Shown piece by piece: positions 20,718 through 30,267 of a stretch of 41,303 bases of DNA. This DNA comes from Candidatus Uhrbacteria bacterium RIFOXYB12_FULL_58_10 (GTDB lineage: Bacteria > Patescibacteriota > Patescibacteriia > UBA9934 > GWF2-40-263). Each line of letters opens with the position of its first letter. The first letter of the stretch is position 1. The DNA lies in contig CALRBH010000007.1 in the NCBI GenBank assembly GCA_943354165.1, forward strand, positions 1 through 41,303. The letters are read 5' to 3'. The notes beneath the pieces were generated by a model. That model ran no database searches and was not told the origin of the DNA. It was given only the letters and a program-made list of their open reading frames with translations. The position numbers were made by a program, and so were the translations under genes.

Positions 20718-21275
20718 ATGAAGCAGGTCGTTGTGATGTTCTGTGGGCCGTTGTACGGCAAACCATTTCATTACGGACGCATCGATCATGCGGTCCGTGT
20801 GGCAAAGAAGCGTGGATGCCCGTTGGTCATTTGTGGAGACGGCTCAAAAGGCCGAGAGCTGGAAGAGTTCGAGAAGCGCGCGAAGGATGCGGGGATCGCG
20901 AGGGTGTGTACGCGGTATAACCGTCGAGCAAACACCAGAGGCGATTCCATAAGCGCTGCCGCCATGCTCCAAGTGTTCTTTCCAGAAGCCACCCGTGTGT
21001 TGCTGGTGACGGATTGGTACCACATGGCACGGTCTATCGTGCAGATGTATCGACGCATCAATCGCTGCAAAATGCACAAGATCAATGTGTTTCCGTCACC
21101 GGTCTGGGAACACTTGAAGGGAGGGTTACTGCGCCTTCCTCGTGAGCTGCTCGGAACGATCCATGCGCTCATGGGGGTCCCGCAGCCGATCAAAAGCAAT
21201 GGGATCTTTCAACTTCTTCTGCGCAGCCGTCGGATCATCCGTCGGATGCGGCTCAAGAAGCGCTTAAGGCACTGA
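20718..21275 (+). CDS. YdcF/DUF218 (ElyC/SanA-like) protein
   Basis: GRIDHA, ICG, ANTRGD, LVTDWYHMARS, RELLG; SD GAGGTG. Confidence 0.7.
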   Translation: MKQVVVMFCGPLYGKPFHYGRIDHAVRVAKKRGCPLVICGDGSKGRELEEFEKRAKDAGIARVCTRYNRRANTRGDSISAAAMLQVFFPEATRVLLVTDWYHMARSIVQMYRRINRCKMHKINVFPSPVWEHLKGGLLRLPRELLGTIHALMGVPQPIKSNGIFQLLLRSRRIIRRMRLKKRLRH

Positions 21276-21317
21276 AAATATTCAGCGCATCAAACACAAA
21301 AGCCTCCAGAAGCTTAG

Positions 21318-21344
21318 CCTCCAATACGGGAGGCTTTCTTATTT
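21318..21344 (+). terminator. Terminator between convergent genes
   Basis: AGCCTCC-aatacg-GGAGGCT-ttcttattt. Confidence 0.55.
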
Positions 21345-21350
21345 CTCCCG

Positions 21351-21824
21351 CTAGAGGATCCTGACGAACGGAGGCTGGGTTGAGTGAATAGGGAGGTCGG
21401 CAAGTGGTAATACACGTATCCAATTCGGTTCAAACCGATAGAGAGTATACTCGCCGGTCCCGACCGTAAGGATGGGTGGACAGAAACCTTTCACGTTTGT
21501 GGCTTTTTTAGAGATGAGGTTAAGAAGCTTTTGTATCTGTGGGCCGGAAACGATTTTCACGGTTCCATTCATTTGAACATAAATATTCCCAAGCTCATAC
21601 ATTGCGAGAGATGCCCGTGGGTTGTCGGTTATGAGTTGGTGCTTATAACTGTGCGGATCAGAAATAAAATATACGTTCCAGTCCCGATCGATGGTGTTCA
21701 ATAAGACCGCAGAATGGGGGAGTCCATGAAGAGTGCTAAACGCAACGGTCATGAAGGGGATTCGTTGTGCCATCTTCAGGAACTGGGCTTTTGTAGGAGG
21801 TCGTTTCTTCGGTGGTCTGATCAT
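21351..21824 (-). CDS. Pyridoxamine 5'-phosphate oxidase-like (split-barrel flavin-binding) protein
   Basis: PHSA, YFISDPHSYK...NPRASL...YVQMNG...YRFEPNWIR pattern. Confidence 0.72.
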   Translation of the reverse strand: MIRPPKKRPPTKAQFLKMAQRIPFMTVAFSTLHGLPHSAVLLNTIDRDWNVYFISDPHSYKHQLITDNPRASLAMYELGNIYVQMNGTVKIVSGPQIQKLLNLISKKATNVKGFCPPILTVGTGEYTLYRFEPNWIRVLPLADLPIHSTQPPFVRIL

Positions 21825-21843
21825 ACGTGGAATGATAGCACAC

Positions 21844-21877
21844 AAAAAATCTCGCCAACGAAAATCGTTGGCGAGAT
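21844..21877 (-). terminator. Intrinsic terminator (minus strand)
   Basis: ATCTCGCCAACGA/TCGTTGGCGAGAT perfect stem with A-tract on the left. Confidence 0.8.
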
Positions 21878-21886
21878 CAGGCAAAC

Positions 21887-21952
21887 CTACTTTTTCTTGT
21901 CTTTTTTCGGCTTCTTTACGTTTTTCTTCTGTGCATGGTTTCCTTTTGCCAT
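21887..21952 (-). CDS. 21-aa Lys-rich micropeptide, absent from ORF track
   Basis: MAKGNHAQKKNVKKPKKDKKK*; extended -10 TGcTATACT at 22062-22054; terminator immediately downstream. Confidence 0.6.
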   Translation of the reverse strand: MAKGNHAQKKNVKKPKKDKKK

Positions 21953-21963
21953 ATGGGGGGGCT

Positions 21964-22036
21964 AGTTAGTAGTAAGTAGAAAGTAGTTAGTAGTGTAGAG
22001 GGAAATCTACTATCTACTTACTACTATCTACTAACT
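21964..22036. repeat. Heptamer-built inverted repeat (MITE/REP-like), copy 1
   Basis: Arms of (AGTAGWW)n / (WWCTACT)n, near-identical to 25948-26029. Confidence 0.85.
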
Positions 22037-22100
22037 TCTGAATGAATAATAGAAGTATAGCACGAAAGAAAAAACCTCGGCAGAAGCCGAGATGTTTTCA

Positions 22101-22188
22101 TGGCGGAGGGGGAGAGATTCGAACTCTCGGACCCTTGCGGGTCACACGCTTTCCAAGCGTGCGCACTAGGCCGCTATGCGACCCCTCC
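22101..22188 (-). tRNA. tRNA-Ser(GGA)
   Basis: GGAGGGG/CCCCTCC acceptor, CACGC-ttGGAaa-GCGTG, long variable arm, GTTCGAATC, CCA; terminator at 22065-22098. Confidence 0.96.
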
Positions 22189-22418
22189 TCGATGCGGGAG
22201 GAGTGTATACTGTCCGCTCCAATACGTAAATACGGCACCCGAGTAACAGGTGCCGTACAGACGAAAGCAAGGAGTTCCTCTCTTCCAATCGTACAAAAAC
22301 AGGCTTCATGATTCCTCTTTTCGGGAGTTTGTGTTGACGAAAGTAATGAACAACGACGTCTAAACATGTCAAAAATTAAGGTTTTCGTCAAGGGCGAGGT
22401 CTGCTAAGCTGGGCGGAC

Positions 22419-22787
22419 ATGAATCAATTCATCCAAGGCCCACTCCCAGATCGCGGATGGAACCTTCTCCGTCGGTTGGGGTACGCGGAACAGAAAGTCG
22501 TCGGCGAAGAAATCGGCTTCACGCGTCGTTTAAGCACGGATCAATTCCCGCGCTATCATGCGTACACGGAAGAGGTCGATGGGGGGATTAAGGTCAATTT
22601 GCATCTCGATCAGCGCGCGACCACGCACGGGAAGCAAAGCGCACACGGCGGGGAATACAATGGACCGCTCGTTGAGCGCGAGATGGCGCGAATCGTTTCT
22701 GGGATCTCGTCCATGAAGTCTACTCCTCCCAAACCTCCCGGACCTCCCCAACCTACCGGCGGATGGCTTTCACGGTTGTTCGGCTAA
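22419..22787 (+). CDS. Conserved hypothetical protein with repeat-derived Pro-rich tail
   Basis: 122 aa; FPRYHAY...NLHLDQ...HGGEY motif; tail PPKPPGPPQP encoded by the 9-mer array at 22728-22754. Confidence 0.7.
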   Translation: MNQFIQGPLPDRGWNLLRRLGYAEQKVVGEEIGFTRRLSTDQFPRYHAYTEEVDGGIKVNLHLDQRATTHGKQSAHGGEYNGPLVEREMARIVSGISSMKSTPPKPPGPPQPTGGWLSRLFG

Positions 22788-22829
22788 CGCTCGACATTCG
22801 CCTCTCCCTCGGGCAAGCTGCGAGCAGAT

Positions 22830-24647
22830 ATGGACCCCAAGGAAGAAATAAAATCGCGCATAAACATCGCGGAACTGATCGGTTCCTACATCACGCTCAA
22901 GCCCGCCAGCGCGGCGAGCTTTAAAGCACTCTGTCCGTTCCATGCGGAGAAGACGCCGTCGTTTCACGTCTCGGCCGACAAGGGGATCTGGCGATGTTTC
23001 GGCTGCTCGGAAGGCGGCGATTGTTTTTCGTTCATCATGAAGATGGAAGGCATGGAGTTTCCGGAAGCGCTGCGGTTTCTCGGGGAGAAAGTTGGCGTGG
23101 AAGTGAAGCGCTATGACACCAAGGAAGCGAACGAGCGCGCGCGTCTCGTCACGATTAACGATCTGGCGGCAAAGTACTATCGAAAGCTACTCGTCGAATC
23201 TCCAGGCGCTCAGCACGTTCGTGAATACGCGGAACGTCGCGGCATGAGCGTAGACCTGCAGGAAAAATTCGGCATCGGATTCGCTCCAGACGCCTGGGAC
23301 ACGCTCAGCCTGTTCCTTTCGTCCCGAAGCTATGGCGAAAGCGAATGCGAGCTCTCCGGGCTCGGTATGAGGCGCAGGCAGGGAAGTGGGAACATCGATA
23401 GGTTCAGGAATCGACTGATGATCCCGATTCGCGATCAACATGGAGCTACGGCAGGATTCACCGGTCGAGTATTACCGGGTGCCGCTGACGATGTGCCAAA
23501 ATACCTCAACACTCCGGAAACCCCCATTTTCCATAAAGGAAAGTTACTTTTCGGACTCGACCTCGCTAAGCAGGCGATCAAGCGCGCCGGGTTCGTCGTC
23601 ATCGTCGAAGGAAACCTCGATGTCGTCGCCTCGCACAAGGCCGGCGTAGAAAACGTCGTCGCAAGTTCCGGAACCGCGCTCACGGACGATCAGATCTCGC
23701 TTCTCAAACGTTTCACCAACACGATGGCGTTCTGTTTCGATGGCGACGCCGCCGGATTCGAAGCCGCACGGAAGGGAATTACCATCGCGCGCGCCGCCGG
23801 CGTGGATGTTCGTGCGGTTATTCTTCCGCTCGATGCGGGCAAGGATCCGGATGAAGTCGTTCAGAAAGATCCAGCCATCTGGAAATTCGCCGTCGAAAAT
23901 ACAGTGCCTATCATGCAGTACCTCATCGACAGGGCTATCGCCGGAAAGGATCTGAGCCAGGTCGATGACAAGCGCACCGTCGCCGCAATCCTTTTACCAG
24001 AGTTGAAAGCGACCGTGGACGTGATCGAACGCGAGCACTGGCTCACAAGCGTCGCCGACATTTTGCGAACCGACGCAAACGAACTCCGAAAATCCATCGA
24101 GGGAGAGCCGAGTAAACAGGCTTGGAAAAATCCAAACATAAAAACTCCTACTCCCTTACCCACCCCGCAAACCCCGACCACCCCATCGGTTCCACATTCG
24201 AAAGAAGCCGTCGCCTCCATGGTCCTCGTCGGCATCGCCGCCCAATCGGCCGAGATCTTCAAACGCGTGTCCGATACCCTTGGAACGGTGCAGTTTACCG
24301 ACCCGTGGCATGGGCTTTACGCAATGCTCTCAGATGTGTATCATCGTCCGCAGACAGATGCAGCAGGAAATGCCTTCCGGATCATTCGCGGCCAACTAGA
24401 GGCCGATCCCGCGTCCACTGAGCTTTTGCGCATGCTAGACCATGCGGCCCTTGAAGGGGAAACGCTCATGAACGCCCTCGCCGGAAAGGACATCCCCCGC
24501 CGCATCACCGAACTCGTCCGCACCATCTCTGCCGCTGACCTTGCGCGTCACCGCCAGTCGATTGAGTCGGACATACGTCGCGCCGAGCGCGACGGCGACC
24601 GCGCCACCGTGGAGCGCCTCATCCGCGAATTAGGAACACTTCGATAA
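22830..24647 (+). CDS. dnaG: DNA primase
   Basis: CHC2 zinc finger CPFH..KTPSF..CFGC, FRNRLMIPI, KYLNTPET, TOPRIM VEG..DV, FDGDAAG, KDPDE. Confidence 0.97.
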   Translation: MDPKEEIKSRINIAELIGSYITLKPASAASFKALCPFHAEKTPSFHVSADKGIWRCFGCSEGGDCFSFIMKMEGMEFPEALRFLGEKVGVEVKRYDTKEANERARLVTINDLAAKYYRKLLVESPGAQHVREYAERRGMSVDLQEKFGIGFAPDAWDTLSLFLSSRSYGESECELSGLGMRRRQGSGNIDRFRNRLMIPIRDQHGATAGFTGRVLPGAADDVPKYLNTPETPIFHKGKLLFGLDLAKQAIKRAGFVVIVEGNLDVVASHKAGVENVVASSGTALTDDQISLLKRFTNTMAFCFDGDAAGFEAARKGITIARAAGVDVRAVILPLDAGKDPDEVVQKDPAIWKFAVENTVPIMQYLIDRAIAGKDLSQVDDKRTVAAILLPELKATVDVIEREHWLTSVADILRTDANELRKSIEGEPSKQAWKNPNIKTPTPLPTPQTPTTPSVPHSKEAVASMVLVGIAAQSAEIFKRVSDTLGTVQFTDPWHGLYAMLSDVYHRPQTDAAGNAFRIIRGQLEADPASTELLRMLDHAALEGETLMNALAGKDIPRRITELVRTISAADLARHRQSIESDIRRAERDGDRATVERLIRELGTLR

Positions 24648-24695
24648 TCCCGTTTCGATGGGATATCGCGGTACCCGCCTCCCCCTTCGGGTTCT

Positions 24696-25943
24696 ATGCC
24701 GTCAAAGAAGAAGTTGGTGAAGAAAGCTGTCGTGAAGTCCAGCAAAAAGCCTGTCGCAAAGAGTGCGCCTAAGAAGGTTCACCCGCCGCGCGGCAAATAC
24801 GTGAAGGCACTTCCTCCGTCCGAGGACATGATCGCCAACATGTTAAAGAAAGGCCAGTCTCGCGGGTTCATCACCGAGAACGAGATTCTCTTTGCGTTTT
24901 CCGAGGTAGAAGATTACCTGCCGGTGTACGAGGATTTCCTTGAACGATTGGAACGCATAGGCGTTCACCTCATCGAGATGAAAGACGGCATTCTCGGCCG
25001 CGATAAGGATCGCAAGGACGTGTACGACAAGATCCGCGTCACGCACGAAAAGGAAAAGCAGCCGACCAAGAAAACGACCGCATCCGTCACAGGTGGCGCA
25101 GAAAATTCGATTCCAGAACTCACGCAGGACTCCATCCAGATGTACCTGCGCGAGATCGGAAAAATCCCTTTGCTTACAGGTGAAATGGAAGTCGCGCTCG
25201 CTAAGCGAAAGGAACGCAACGATAAGGAAGCGGACCGCCGCCTCATCGAAGCCAACCTGCGTCTCGTGGTTTCCATCGCGAAGAAATTTGTCGGCAAGCA
25301 GATGTCACTTCTCGACCTGATTCAGGAAGGGAACATCGGTCTCTTCCGCGCGGTGAAGAAATTTGAATATCGAAAGGGCTACAAGTTCTCCACGTACGCC
25401 ACGTGGTGGATTCGCCAGGCCATCACGCGCGCGCTTGCGGACCAGTCCCGCACCATCCGTATTCCGGTGCACATGGTGGAAACCATCAACCGCTTCATGC
25501 AGGTGGAACGCCAGCTCATTCAGGACCTCGGCCGCGAGCCGTTGCCTGAGGAAATCGCCGCAGAAATGAACGAGCCGCTGGATAAGGTTCTTCACATCCG
25601 CAAGATTTCTCAGGAAACTGTTTCGCTCGAAACGTCAGTGGGTGATGACGATGAAGACTCCAAGCTCGAAGACTTCATCGAAGATACAAAGACGATCAGC
25701 CCAGACCGTGCCGCCGCTCGCGAACTCCTTCGCGACTACGTGCACACGGCCATGAAAGATCTTTCGCCACGTGAGCAAAAGATTCTCGAAATGCGTTTCG
25801 GCCTTACGGACGGCGTAAGCCACACGCTTGAGGAAGTCGGAAAGGAATTCGATGTTACGCGTGAACGTATTCGTCAGATCGAAGCGAAAGCGCTCGAAAA
25901 GATTCAGGCGAATCCGATTATTGCTAAGTTGCGCGATTACTAG
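24696..25943 (+). CDS. rpoD: Primary sigma factor RpoD/SigA
   Basis: [62 protein letters not shown]; follows dnaG. Confidence 0.96.
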   Translation: MPSKKKLVKKAVVKSSKKPVAKSAPKKVHPPRGKYVKALPPSEDMIANMLKKGQSRGFITENEILFAFSEVEDYLPVYEDFLERLERIGVHLIEMKDGILGRDKDRKDVYDKIRVTHEKEKQPTKKTTASVTGGAENSIPELTQDSIQMYLREIGKIPLLTGEMEVALAKRKERNDKEADRRLIEANLRLVVSIAKKFVGKQMSLLDLIQEGNIGLFRAVKKFEYRKGYKFSTYATWWIRQAITRALADQSRTIRIPVHMVETINRFMQVERQLIQDLGREPLPEEIAAEMNEPLDKVLHIRKISQETVSLETSVGDDDEDSKLEDFIEDTKTISPDRAAARELLRDYVHTAMKDLSPREQKILEMRFGLTDGVSHTLEEVGKEFDVTRERIRQIEAKALEKIQANPIIAKLRDY

Positions 25944-25947
25944 GACG

Positions 25948-26029
25948 AGTTAGTAGTAAGTAGATAGTAGTTAGTAGAGTTACGATCATTCCGTAAATCC
26001 TACTAACTACTTACTACTATCTACTAACT
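25948..26029. repeat. Heptamer-built inverted repeat, copy 2
   Basis: 30-bp arms matching copy 1, different spacer. Confidence 0.85.
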
Positions 26030-26095
26030 TTTCATTTTGCAACGATGCGCGGGGTTTTGTTATATACTTGTGAAAGGTTCGTAACTCCTTGCCCT

Positions 26096-26731
26096 ATGGA
26101 AGAAGAAAAGGAGGTGGTAGAGCAAGCTAAATCTAACCCCGAAGCCTTCGGCCGGTTGTACGATGCGTACTACCAGCCGATCTTCGGCTATCTCGCCAAG
26201 CGCGTCGGCAGCATCGAGAGCGCGCAGGACCTCGCAAGTGAAACGTTTTTCCAGGCCTTTAAGAATATTGGCCGATATCGCCAGGAAGGGAAGCCGTTTA
26301 AGGCGTGGTTGTACGCCATTGCCGTTGCGCAGGTAGGGAATTTCTTCCGGGCGCGCAAACGTAACCTTCCCATCCTTTCGGAAGAGTTTCCGGAGGTGGC
26401 GGCAGACGAAATGATGCGGCCGGACGTTCAATACATCGAGGATGAAGACAATGCGGAGCAGAAAGCCCAATTAGTCCAGATGAAACGCCATCTCATAAAG
26501 CTGAAAGAGAAATGGCAAACCATCCTCACCTTGCGCTACTGGCAGGACATGACCATCCCGGAGATCGCGGTGGCTCTGAATATGAAGGAAGGAACCGTAA
26601 AATCCCACATTCATCGCGCACTTAAGCGCCTCCAAACCCTCATGGCAGAAGAAGCCGCTCAAGAAGCCTATGCCCGAACCCCTGAGCCTAAACCATATCG
26701 AGAACTTGCTCATGCAAATGGGCAAGGATGA
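26096..26731 (+). CDS. ECF-type RNA polymerase sigma factor
   Basis: AFGRLYDAY, AQDLASETF, FKAWLYAIA, EIAVALNMKEGTVKSHIHRA. Confidence 0.9.
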   Translation: MEEEKEVVEQAKSNPEAFGRLYDAYYQPIFGYLAKRVGSIESAQDLASETFFQAFKNIGRYRQEGKPFKAWLYAIAVAQVGNFFRARKRNLPILSEEFPEVAADEMMRPDVQYIEDEDNAEQKAQLVQMKRHLIKLKEKWQTILTLRYWQDMTIPEIAVALNMKEGTVKSHIHRALKRLQTLMAEEAAQEAYARTPEPKPYRELAHANGQG

Positions 26732-27080
26732 ACGCATCGGCGAGGCTAAGCACCGCTATGCGCTCCGCCGGGCCCTTATGAACTCCGCCGCCACGACGTC
26801 TGCGGCGGAGCCCGTATTCGCCTGGCTTTCGACGACCGGTATGGTGTTTGCTACAGGAGTCGCTACGGTTGCCGTGGTGATCGTCGTGAGATTCTCTGAC
26901 TCCACGGGCGCGGCGGAACAGCTGGCTTCGATTCCGGAGCAGCCGGCCGTGGAAGACATTCAGCTCAGTGTCCGTGAACTTGAACCATCGCCATTTGCCA
27001 CGTACGCAGATTTCCGTCCAATTCCTGCGCGTGAGATTTTCGAAAACATGCAAATTCGGCTTGCTGGAGTGGCAAGGTAA
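26670..27080 (+). CDS. Putative single-TM anti-sigma factor
   Basis: Overlaps the ECF gene end; short cytoplasmic N-terminus (LRRALM) then one TM; function inferred from position. Confidence 0.55.
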   Translation: MPEPLSLNHIENLLMQMGKDERIGEAKHRYALRRALMNSAATTSAAEPVFAWLSTTGMVFATGVATVAVVIVVRFSDSTGAAEQLASIPEQPAVEDIQLSVRELEPSPFATYADFRPIPAREIFENMQIRLAGVAR

Positions 27081-27156
27081 CGGTTAAGCCAAAGCCTGTT
27101 GAACAACAGGCTATTTTGGTTTAAACTTTTGGGAATATAACTACCAAAATAAAGGT

Positions 27157-28134
27157 ATGTCCGACCACACATTACCGTCCATAAAGTCACTCCTGACTGA
27201 ATTGCTGGACAAGGCAAAGAAACAGTGGAAAACGCTCGTGATCATTGCCGTCATTCCATGGGGAGTATTCATTGCCTCCGCGGTGTTGCTCGCTGTGGTC
27301 GGGATTGCGTTTGGCTTGTCGGTGGGAGGACAGTCTATGATGAGTCCAAACACCATGTCACCTGAGACGTACATGGGCCAAGGGATGTTTCTCGGAATCC
27401 TCGCGTTGGTATTCGCGGCGATTAACATGCTCGCAAGCTTTGTTGGCGGGCTGGCACTCATTTACGCCACGTTGCATCCGGATTCGGACGTACGAGCGTG
27501 CTATCTCATGGCGCTAAAAGTGTGGAAGTCGCTCCTGTGGGTTTCATTGATTGCAGGGTTCGTTTTGATCGGCGGCACCTACCTTTTTGTCATTCCAGGG
27601 CTTGTGGTGGGCCTCATGCTCGCGTTTGCGGAATATGTGGCGCTTGATGAAGGGAAGAAGGGGATGGATGCGCTCATGCGTTCACGCGAGCTCGTGAAAG
27701 GCCGTGGATGGTCCGTACTGTTTGTATTGATCGTTATGGGCATTGTGATAGGTATTCCAAGCCTGATTCTGGGCTCTATTGCCGATCAGGGAAACGAGGT
27801 ATTTGGATTCCTTTCTTCTGCTTATGATGGACTGGTGGCGATGCCGCTGTACGTCCTCGCGGGCGCCATCGTGTACCACCATGCAAAAAAACTTCCTTCG
27901 CTTGCCGGTCCGGAAGTAAATGCACGGAACGTTTACAAAGGCTTGGGCATTCTCGGTGTCGTCGGTATTATCTTTATTGTGCCAGCGTTCATCTTCATTG
28001 CGATAAGCGTGCTTTCGGGCGGAGGGTTCGGGCCCATCAATCAAGAAAATTTTGACAGCTTCGACTGGACCGGATCCGACATCCAATACGCCCCTGACAT
28101 TTCTGCCGGGGAGACCATCCTCATCCAGCAATAG
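27157..28134 (+). CDS. Multi-pass membrane protein (GDPD membrane-domain-like)
   Basis: About 7 hydrophobic segments; FVIPG...E...GMDALMRSRELVKGRGW pattern. Confidence 0.75.
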   Translation: MSDHTLPSIKSLLTELLDKAKKQWKTLVIIAVIPWGVFIASAVLLAVVGIAFGLSVGGQSMMSPNTMSPETYMGQGMFLGILALVFAAINMLASFVGGLALIYATLHPDSDVRACYLMALKVWKSLLWVSLIAGFVLIGGTYLFVIPGLVVGLMLAFAEYVALDEGKKGMDALMRSRELVKGRGWSVLFVLIVMGIVIGIPSLILGSIADQGNEVFGFLSSAYDGLVAMPLYVLAGAIVYHHAKKLPSLAGPEVNARNVYKGLGILGVVGIIFIVPAFIFIAISVLSGGGFGPINQENFDSFDWTGSDIQYAPDISAGETILIQQ

Positions 28135-28362
28135 GCAAACTAAAACCCCACCAGCTCACGCGTTTTGGACTAGATGATAGTCGGGGCCGACACAAGGTCT
28201 GCCCGCGAGGCTCTCATGGCATGGACAAGTCCATGCCGGTTCTAAGCCTACAAAACGATTAGCCAAAGCGTGAATCAAGTGGAGTCTGCCTTGAGCGTAA
28301 CACGAATAAAATAACTCGGAAACGGTCCCGAGTTTTTCGTGAGAAGGTATCGTCGTCAATCG

Positions 28363-28391
28363 TTGACGGGACACGTTCCAATACATAGGCT
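28363..28391 (+). promoter_or_regulatory. Promoter of the second sigma gene with a palindrome over the -35
   Basis: TTGACG-N17-TAGGCT; CGTCAA-tcg-TTGACG palindrome; SD AAGGAG before the ATG. Confidence 0.55.
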
Positions 28392-28420
28392 GGGGTAGGT
28401 CTTTTACGAAAGGAGTCTAC

Positions 28421-29320
28421 ATGTCACAACGAGACGGAAATATGAGGTTCCGTCGCGGTGACGTCGGGCCCCTCATGAAAGCGGCCATGCGTGCACCTTT
28501 GCTCACACGTGAAGAGGAGATTACGCTCGGCATGTGCGCGATCCCGTCATGGGAGGCGCAGACGCGCGGTGTCATTGACCCGGTCTCGCGCCGGATCTGG
28601 CAACGGGCGGGAAATACCTTCATGGCGCACAATCTCCGGCTGGTGATGAAAATCGCCTTGCGGTTCCAGCATCGCGGACTCGAGCTCGAGGATTTGATGC
28701 AGGAAGGCACCATCGGACTGCAAAAAGCGGCGGAACGTTTCGACTATCGCAAGGGATTCAAGTTTTCTACCTATGCGACCTGGTGGGTCAGGCAGGCCAT
28801 GCAGCGGGGCATTGGAGACATGGGTCGTGACATACGGTTGCCGATCAACCAGAGCGCCATGGCCGTGGAAATCCTGCGCACCGAGGATTACATTCGAGCG
28901 AGGGTGCGAAGAGAGCCAACGCAGGCAGAAGTTGCTTACTTCCTCGGTATTACGGAAGAGAAGATCGGACAGATCAAGGTTCAATCGCAATCGCCGGCCT
29001 CGCTGGACGGGCTCGTAGGGCCAGACGGGGATCAGACGCTCCAAGACCTCCTTCCTGACGTGGCAAAGCTTCAGGATGTGCGGTGTGAGGAGGCAGAGAC
29101 CTCGCTGCGCCTTAAGCGAGCGATCGGACGGATCGCCTCGGAAAAGACGCGTACGGTCCTGTTGGCCCGCTTCGGGTTTACGGGCGGGGACATTGAGACG
29201 TTGTTGGACATCGGGAAGACGATGGACGTAAGTCGTGAACGGATTCGCCAGATTGAGTCCATCGGATTACGACAACTACGGAACGATAAGCAGCTGCGCC
29301 GTGATTTCGACGCGGACTGA
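28421..29320 (+). CDS. Second RpoD/RpoS-family sigma70 factor lacking region 1.1
   Basis: [48 protein letters not shown]. Confidence 0.9.
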   Translation: MSQRDGNMRFRRGDVGPLMKAAMRAPLLTREEEITLGMCAIPSWEAQTRGVIDPVSRRIWQRAGNTFMAHNLRLVMKIALRFQHRGLELEDLMQEGTIGLQKAAERFDYRKGFKFSTYATWWVRQAMQRGIGDMGRDIRLPINQSAMAVEILRTEDYIRARVRREPTQAEVAYFLGITEEKIGQIKVQSQSPASLDGLVGPDGDQTLQDLLPDVAKLQDVRCEEAETSLRLKRAIGRIASEKTRTVLLARFGFTGGDIETLLDIGKTMDVSRERIRQIESIGLRQLRNDKQLRRDFDAD

Positions 29321-29352
29321 CGGGGCCTCTCTGGCCCCGTTTTCTTTATCAT

Positions 29353-30267
29353 TTATTGGCCTTTTGAAAGGTGAAGCGTCGATCGGTCGCGTTCGATCAT
29401 GCCGTCCGCAATCATGCGGTCGATCATGGCACGCACCCACTGAGCGTCGTTTACGGAATTGTAGGACGGGTCAATGCGCCCGCCGACGGCTGATTCCTTG
29501 ATGCGAGGGTTCTCGCGGACCAATCGAAGAATTCTCCCCCGATAAATGCGATCAGGATGAGACTTTCCCACTTGAATCGTCTCCTTTGCCTTCTTGATCG
29601 CCGCTTTTGGAATACGGACACGCCCCGCAATGAACTTCTCTGCCATCGGACACTGTTTGCGCAGCGGACACTCCGCACACGAGGGGGTCTTTTTGCAGAC
29701 GATGGTGGCGAGGTCGAACAGCGCCTGGGGAATCTCCCAGAACTTCCGTGACGACTTCATAAGATCGATCGACTTTCTGCGAATGCGTTCATCGTCATCG
29801 AGTTGGGAAAAAGGTTTCGCGAGAAGTAGGCGACCGAGCACACGTCGAATGTTCGTATCTACGGGCATGGTGCGCTTGTGGTTGGCAAAGACGGCGAGGG
29901 CCGCCGCGGTGTACGGGCCAATGCCTTTCAGAATGCGCCAGCCATCCTCTGTGGTCGGTTCACTGTTTTTCGCTACGCTGCGGGCAATATCGCGCAACAT
30001 AAGCCCGCGGCGATTGTAGCCAAGTCCGGCCCACATCGTAATTACCTCTGCATTTGTGGCCTTGGCGAGTTCGTTCCAGTTCGGAAACGTTTCCATCCAT
30101 CGATCGTAAAATCCGAGCACACGCGACACCTGCGTTTGCTGGAGCATGACCTCGCTGACGAGGATCCGGTACGCGTCCCGCGTCTCTCTCCAGGGCAGGG
30201 TGCGACCGTGCGTTTCATACCAACGCAATAGCTGTGAGCTTAGGGATGTTTTCGGGGAGGTATACAC
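29353..30267 (-). CDS. mutY: A/G-specific adenine glycosylase (short MutY form)
   Basis: LPWR, VSEVMLQQTQV, WAGLGYNRR, HhH LKGIGPYTA, VDTN, 4Fe-4S C-x5-C-x2-C-x5-C. Confidence 0.88.
   Translation of the reverse strand: MYTSPKTSLSSQLLRWYETHGRTLPWRETRDAYRILVSEVMLQQTQVSRVLGFYDRWMETFPNWNELAKATNAEVITMWAGLGYNRRGLMLRDIARSVAKNSEPTTEDGWRILKGIGPYTAAALAVFANHKRTMPVDTNIRRVLGRLLLAKPFSQLDDDERIRRKSIDLMKSSRKFWEIPQALFDLATIVCKKTPSCAECPLRKQCPMAEKFIAGRVRIPKAAIKKAKETIQVGKSHPDRIYRGRILRLVRENPRIKESAVGGRIDPSYNSVNDAQWVRAMIDRMIADGMIERDRSTLHLSKGQ

Noticed and set aside
22042-22391. ORFs overlapping tRNA-Ser, and hairpin TACGGCACC/GGTGCCGTA at about 22231-22257
   Set aside because: The ORFs run through the tRNA; the isolated hairpin has no clear promoter or U-tract
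21964-26029. Repeats as a possible CRISPR array
   Set aside because: No regularly spaced direct repeats with unique spacers and no cas genes
26038-26066. Possible ECF autoregulatory promoter (GCAAC...GTTATA)
   Set aside because: Spacing is atypical and there is no convincing second instance in the window
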